Assembly (NCBI GenBank): GCA_052034135.1
Contig: JBPOJC010000013.1
Location: forward strand, 62,538 to 126,537
Direction: 5' to 3'
Source: Caldisericota bacterium
GTDB taxonomy: Bacteria > Caldisericota > Caldisericia > UBA6126 > JAGPKI01
Length of the DNA stretch: 64,000 nucleotides
Numbering within the stretch: position 1 is the stretch's first letter; every line of letters starts with the position of its first letter. Of the stretch, positions 59,774 to 64,000 are shown one piece after another. Made by a program: the position numbers and the translations under genes. Below the pieces are notes generated by a model that worked only from the letters and a program-made list of their open reading frames with translations, did no database searches and was not told the DNA's origin.

Positions 59774-60705
59774 TTTTGCACAAGTTTTAAATATATATCT
59801 TCAAAGTCAGGTTCAATCCTCGTAATGCTTAGAAGTTTCACATTATTGTCCTTAAGAGTTTCAAGTAATTTATAAATAATCATAAAATCTTTCAATTCAA
59901 TAATTATTTCAGTTTTTGAACTGTTTTCTGTATATTTTGTTCCTAGTGAGATTTTTTGAAACTCTTCTTTTACCTTGTTGTCAATTCTACCGTCTATTTC
60001 AAACTTATAAGCATTCACTTTAAAAAAATCTTTAAGTGAATCTAACTTTTCATCTGCCACTATTTTTCCTTTATTAATTACTATTACCCTTTCGCAAACA
60101 TTTTCTATAACTCTCATATTGTGTGAACTGAGGAGAATGGTCCTTCCTTTATTTACCATTTCATTTTTTAAAAGGTTTTGAACTTCATGTGTTGATTCTA
60201 CATCAAGTCCGAGAGTTGGTTCATCGAGAAGAATTATTTCAGTATCTTTTATTAACGCTGATGCAATGGCAAGCTTTTGCTGCATACCTCGAGAGAGGAA
60301 GCGAGCTTCAGTGTTTGTCTTTTCTTTTAGTCCAAAAATATTGATTAGCTCATCTATTCTCTTTTTACAATTCTTATACGAGTAACCCATAAGACCTGCA
60401 AAGAATATAAGGTTTTCCTTTACTGTAAGTCTCCAGTAAATATTGCGATTACCCTCCAGAACACTTGAGATTTTTTTAAATGCAAAATATGGATTTTTTG
60501 TTACATTTATTCCGTCTATCCAAATTTTTCCTGATGATGAATTAATTAAACAACACAATGATTTAATTGTAGTCGTTTTCCCGGCACCATTTGGTCCTAA
60601 AAGACCTACAATTTCAGCATCATTAATACTAAATGAAATCTCATCTATTGCTCGAACTTCAGTTTTACCCTTGTAAATTTTAGTTAAATTCTCACATCTA
60701 ATCAT
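59770..60705 (-). CDS. ABC transporter ATP-binding protein (ABC-2 / lantibiotic-immunity-type ATPase).
   Basis: Walker A is GPNGAGKTT, the signature is LSRGMQQKL, and Walker B is ILLDEPT. Confidence 0.85.
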   Translation of the reverse strand: MIRCENLTKIYKGKTEVRAIDEISFSINDAEIVGLLGPNGAGKTTTIKSLCCLINSSSGKIWIDGINVTKNPYFAFKKISSVLEGNRNIYWRLTVKENLIFFAGLMGYSYKNCKKRIDELINIFGLKEKTNTEARFLSRGMQQKLAIASALIKDTEIILLDEPTLGLDVESTHEVQNLLKNEMVNKGRTILLSSHNMRVIENVCERVIVINKGKIVADEKLDSLKDFFKVNAYKFEIDGRIDNKVKEEFQKISLGTKYTENSSKTEIIIELKDFMIIYKLLETLKDNNVKLLSITRIEPDFEDIYLKLVQK

Positions 60706-60883
60706 GTTTATTGATTTCCCAAAATATTATAACATATTTACATTTAAAAAATTAATTAATTCTTTTATGGTGCTTAATTGATTAAATTCAAAAATTAGAT
60801 ATTCAAATAAGCAATCTATAAAGAAATACAGAAATATTGACAAAACCAATCAAAATATAGATAATTGCAGTGAAATATTACAG

Positions 60884-60957
60884 GCGCCTGTAGCTCAGTT
60901 GGATAGAGCATCTGCCTTCTAAGCAGGTGGCCGTGGGTTCGAGTCCCGCCAGGCGCA
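60884..60957 (+). tRNA. tRNA-Arg (anticodon TCT).
   Basis: It folds into a cloverleaf by hand: acceptor GCGCCTG/CAGGCGC, D arm GCTC..GAGC, anticodon stem TCTGC/GCAGG with loop CTTCTAA, and T arm GTGGG-TTCGAGT-CCCGC. It is 74 nt. Confidence 0.85.
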
Positions 60958-61087
60958 GATATATACAAAATTAAATTTTATATAAGTCTTTTTGTTTATT
61001 TTTGATCTAAGATAAATCGCTTTTAGTCTTATAATTTCAATATAATGAAAGGAAATATCATATCCTCCAGAGAATAATGAGACATTC

Positions 61088-61322
61088 TGAGTGAAGAATC
61101 TCCTTGCTTGCATTTTATTCTGGATTCCCGCTTTCGCGGGAATGACCCGCAAGGAGATCCTTCGGTCGCTTTTAGATACGCTCCTCAGGGTGACAGGAGT
61201 AGTGTCATTCTGAAGTGCGGTATTTTCGCACACGTACTGAGGTATCTCCTTATTTGTTTTTGTCATCCCCGAATTCCACGCAACTGTCATCCCCGAATGT
61301 CTTTATCGGGGATCCAGACTGT
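61088..61322. repeat. Copy 3 of the mosaic dispersed repeat family, inverted relative to copies 1 and 2.
   Basis: 61262..61320 is the reverse complement of 22325..22380. 61170..61250 is the reverse complement of the 9345..9510 module (cgctcctcagggtgacagg versus cctgtcaccctgaggagcg). Confidence 0.8.
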
Positions 61323-61359
61323 CTTGCTTCTTTCAAATGAGACAAAATCTCACTCATAA

Positions 61360-62370
61360 TTAATCAGTAGCTCCAAAACTTAACTTCAATTTTAAATTAT
61401 ATTCTTTATTTTTAATTTTCCTACTTTCTTTTGCTTTTAATATTTTATCCTCTCTTTCTTTTAATATTTCCTCTGGATTACCTCTATAGTAATCAACAGG
61501 TCTTAAGTAGTTAATACTTGAATGAAGCCTCTCATTGTTATAGTAGTCTACATATTTTGCAATTATTTGTTCTGCGTCAGTGAATGTAGCAGGATAATCT
61601 TTTCTTAAAGCTTCCTGCCTTAATAAACCATTCCACCTTTCTAATTTACCATTAGTTTCCGGGTGGTTTCTTCTTGTTCTAATGTCAATTAGGTAAGCCA
61701 ACGATATTACTTCTCTGAATTCTTTTGAGATAAATTGAGAGCCATTATCATGTATTATCTTTGGAGATATTTCTCTGTTTTTATCAAGGATTTCTTGAAT
61801 GAATAAACTTACGCTCTTTGAACTAATATCTGGTAATAACTTCCATCCTACTATATACCTCGAATAACCATCAAGGACAGCAATAAGAAATCCCCATATT
61901 TCACTCACTTTTATATACATTATGTCCGTATGCCAATGTTCGTTTACTTTAGTTGGTTTTTCTTTGTATTCCTTTTCTGCTCTTCCTTTGATGTTGCCCC
62001 ATCTATTAAGAAGATTATATTTTGTTAAGATTCCGTAAACTTGTTGGGGAGTTAAATAGACGATATCTTCATCTATCATCTGGTAAGTTAATTTCTTATA
62101 GCCAATTCCTGGATTTAATTTTGCATATCTTACTACAATATCTTCCTCTTCTTTTAATACCTTTATTAGGGTTTAACAAAAGGAATCTTAGGGGTTTCTT
62201 TTCCTTTTAACCATCTATAATAGGTAGCTCTGCCTTATTACAAAGCTTTTCTAATATCCACTCCAACTTAAAGCCAGTAAGTTCTTTCATTCTTTTAACT
62301 TCTTCTTTTATTATTTCTTTAAGTTCTTTATCCTTAACATTGTGTCCTATAATTCCCCAAGATTTTTTTT
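61360..62370 (-). pseudogene. IS3-family transposase OrfB (rve/DDE integrase core). The N-terminal part appears frameshifted.
   Basis: The intact ORF 61360..62079 carries the DDE core (WHTDIMYI..., HDNGSQF, NGKLERWN). Between ~62185 and ~62225 all three frames contain stops. The -1 frame out of the A9 site ends at ...PIIDG*, while the conserved OrfB N-terminal box (RYAKLNPGIGYKKLTYQM) is in another frame. Joining them would need two indels. Confidence 0.5.
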
Positions 62371-62667
62371 TAAAATAAGGTTCTCTTCTGCCAGAGTTGC
62401 AATTACATTCTTCATTCTATCAATTTCAGCTTCTTTTAACTTTTCTTTTCTACTTCTCTTATTAATACCATTCTTAAATGATTCATAAGCTCCTTCCAAG
62501 AATTTCTTCTGCCAGGTATAGTATTGCCTTGTATCAATATTATACTTTTTACATACTTCTGATACAGGTACTTTACCAACTAATACCTCTTTTACAATTT
62601 CAAACTTCTTCTCAGGACTAAAATGCCTCCTGTTAGATCCATTAACATTTTTTGGTTCTACAACCAT
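62347..62667 (-). CDS. IS3-family transposase OrfA (HTH plus leucine zipper).
   Basis: It is 106 aa. The HTH is VSEVCKKYNIDTRQYYTW, and L-x6 heptads occur near the C-terminus. An RBS AAGGAGGA lies upstream. Confidence 0.8.
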   Translation of the reverse strand: MVVEPKNVNGSNRRHFSPEKKFEIVKEVLVGKVPVSEVCKKYNIDTRQYYTWQKKFLEGAYESFKNGINKRSRKEKLKEAEIDRMKNVIATLAEENLILKKNLGEL

Positions 62668-62869
62668 TTTTAAAGTATCCTCCTTTTAATGTTATTTTAA
62701 GGATACCACTAATTAATTTATGATTAAAGTGTTGTCTCATTTTGTTTATAACTTGACAAGACCAATGTTTTTGTTTTATAAGTATTATAAGATAGGTGAT
62801 CTTTACGAGCAAAATACAGATACGCTTCTTAAGGATAACGATGAGTGACTTGAGACTCCTTCATCGACG

Positions 62870-63035
62870 GAAATAGTGCTCCTCAGGGTGACAGAAGGGC
62901 TGTTATTCCCGAAATCAATTATAAGGAAATTCAGTATTTTTTGTAAAAAAAGACATTTTTGCCTGTTCTTTTCTATTCTCATATGGCAGAATTCTAGTTC
63001 ATTTCTCCATCCTCAAGTGTCTTTATCGGAAATTC
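62870..63035. repeat. Copy 4 (degenerate) of the mosaic dispersed repeat family, on the other side of the IS.
   Basis: gctcctcagggtgacag and gtgtctttatcgg are shared with 61180..61320 in the same orientation. Confidence 0.6.
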
Positions 63036-63261
63036 AATATTCTTTAATTAATTACTACTTTTTGAATTTTTGTCTTCATGGAAATTACATATTGTATATG
63101 TATTCCTACTTCTTCAGTATAACTTAAAGGATTTCATTGAGAATAAAACATAGTAGAACATAGTTTTTGTTACTACTTTCTCGGTATTTATTATGAACCT
63201 TTAAAAAGTAGTAGAATTGATCTTTAGTTAAAAATAAAAATTTATCAATATATAATTTAAT

Positions 63262-63972
63262 TTATGGAATTTCATAAGTTATTGTTATTGTTTGATTGTC
63301 TCCATCCCATATAACTTCTGCACCTAAATTTTCAGAAACAAATCTTAATGGAACAACTGTTCTTCCATTAACTATCCTTGGAGGCGGATCAACCTCTACT
63401 GGATTTCCATTAACTCTTGCTGTCTTCATATCTATCCAGAGTTCTATAACTCTATCTTCCAATTTGTATGTTACTTTTCTTTCAATTGGATCCCACAGAA
63501 CTTCTGCTAACAATGCTTCTCCAATAAACCTTAGAGGAACCATAGTTCTTCCTGTAGGCTTATCAATAAATGGTGGAACATCAAGTTTGTGTAGAACATC
63601 ATTTACATAAGCGTTTTCATCTCCCACTTTAAGCTTTATTACAATTGAAGATATAATAGGATTAATATATACCTTAACAGGAATTCCGAAATCACCACCA
63701 TTCGAATTTATGTAAATCTCTGACGTGTATGATCTATCATAATCTAAATCATGGGTATCTACGGTAACCTTCACATCAATTTCATTGCCAACCCAGGACT
63801 CAGGATCTACATTAATCCAATCTGCCTTTGGAGTTATAGTTCCCTTAAGAAGACCTCTTTTTGCATTTCTGATTTTTATCAAATTTTGTATAACTGTACC
63901 CTTATTAAGTTTACCAAAATCAATTTTCATAGGTTCAATAGAAAGGCTCGGACAGCATGGAACAACTTTCAT
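63262..63972 (-). CDS. Copper-amine-oxidase N-terminal-domain (stalk-domain) repeat protein. Its 5' end may continue beyond the window.
   Basis: The C-terminus has two ~55-aa repeats (GRTMVPLRFIGEALLAEV...; GRTVVPLRFVSENLGAEV...) that are homologous to the C-terminus of the 4723..6192 protein. The reading frame remains open upstream of the annotated Met to base 64000. Confidence 0.6.
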   Translation of the reverse strand: MKVVPCCPSLSIEPMKIDFGKLNKGTVIQNLIKIRNAKRGLLKGTITPKADWINVDPESWVGNEIDVKVTVDTHDLDYDRSYTSEIYINSNGGDFGIPVKVYINPIISSIVIKLKVGDENAYVNDVLHKLDVPPFIDKPTGRTMVPLRFIGEALLAEVLWDPIERKVTYKLEDRVIELWIDMKTARVNGNPVEVDPPPRIVNGRTVVPLRFVSENLGAEVIWDGDNQTITITYEIP

Positions 63973-64000
63973 TACAATAACTATTTTGGCATTCCCGCCA

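Larger units (their letters stand above)
61334..62744 (-). mobile_element. IS3-family insertion sequence (~1.4 kb) with orfA, an A9 slippery site and a disrupted orfB.
   Basis: There are imperfect ~38-nt terminal inverted repeats (caaatgagacaaaatctcactcataattaatcagtag at the low end and caaaatgagacaacactttaatcataaattaattagtgg at the high end, both read inward). orfA has a leucine-zipper C-terminus. AAAAAAAAA lies at the orfA end. orfB has a DDE/rve core. Confidence 0.75.

Overview
This is a low-GC (about 30%), gene-dense bacterial chromosomal window, and its protein composition suggests an anaerobic thermophile. Most of it is housekeeping. At the start: tpiA (3' part), rsmI, metG, tatD, a Nif3-like gene, a PduL-like gene, a purine permease and a gamma carbonic anhydrase. 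Next: mutS2, then a uvrA / PP2C phosphatase / radical-SAM operon, pyrG, ddl, hisS, aspS and pepP. Then a manA-manC-manB operon, oppDF, divIVA-lspA-rluD, smpB and a large SH3b-repeat cell-wall amidase. There are two tRNA-Arg genes.

Two regions stand out.

(1) A 9.5-kb minus-strand operon (43053..52511). It encodes a GcvH-like lipoyl-carrier protein, both subunits of a class-I fumarate hydratase, an HdrA-MvhD fusion, HdrC and HdrB homologues, SdhB/FrdB-like and SdhA/FrdA-like fumarate reductase subunits, an NAD(P) malic enzyme and a DUF296 protein. Together this reads as a soluble pyruvate/malate-to-succinate module in which a thiol:fumarate-reductase-like enzyme is wired to heterodisulfide-reductase machinery and a lipoyl protein. 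As far as I know this combination has not been described.

(2) Immediately upstream, divergent from that operon, is a plus-strand cluster (52983..58764) with a convergent ABC-2 exporter (58991..60705). The cluster encodes a Cys-motif Asn-rich protein ending in Gly-Gly, an HEXXH protein, a PaaK-like adenylating enzyme, a nitrilase-family C-N hydrolase, a radical-SAM/SPASM maturase and a CPBP (CAAX-protease-like) membrane protein. It looks like a peptide/protein-modification (RiPP- or bacteriocin-like) system without an obvious canonical precursor.

The window also holds a mosaic dispersed repeat family at four intergenic loci. Two of those copies flank a decayed IS3-family element next to tRNA-Arg(TCT). 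A tRNA-Arg(ACG) is followed by an AT-rich islet carrying a secreted esterase.
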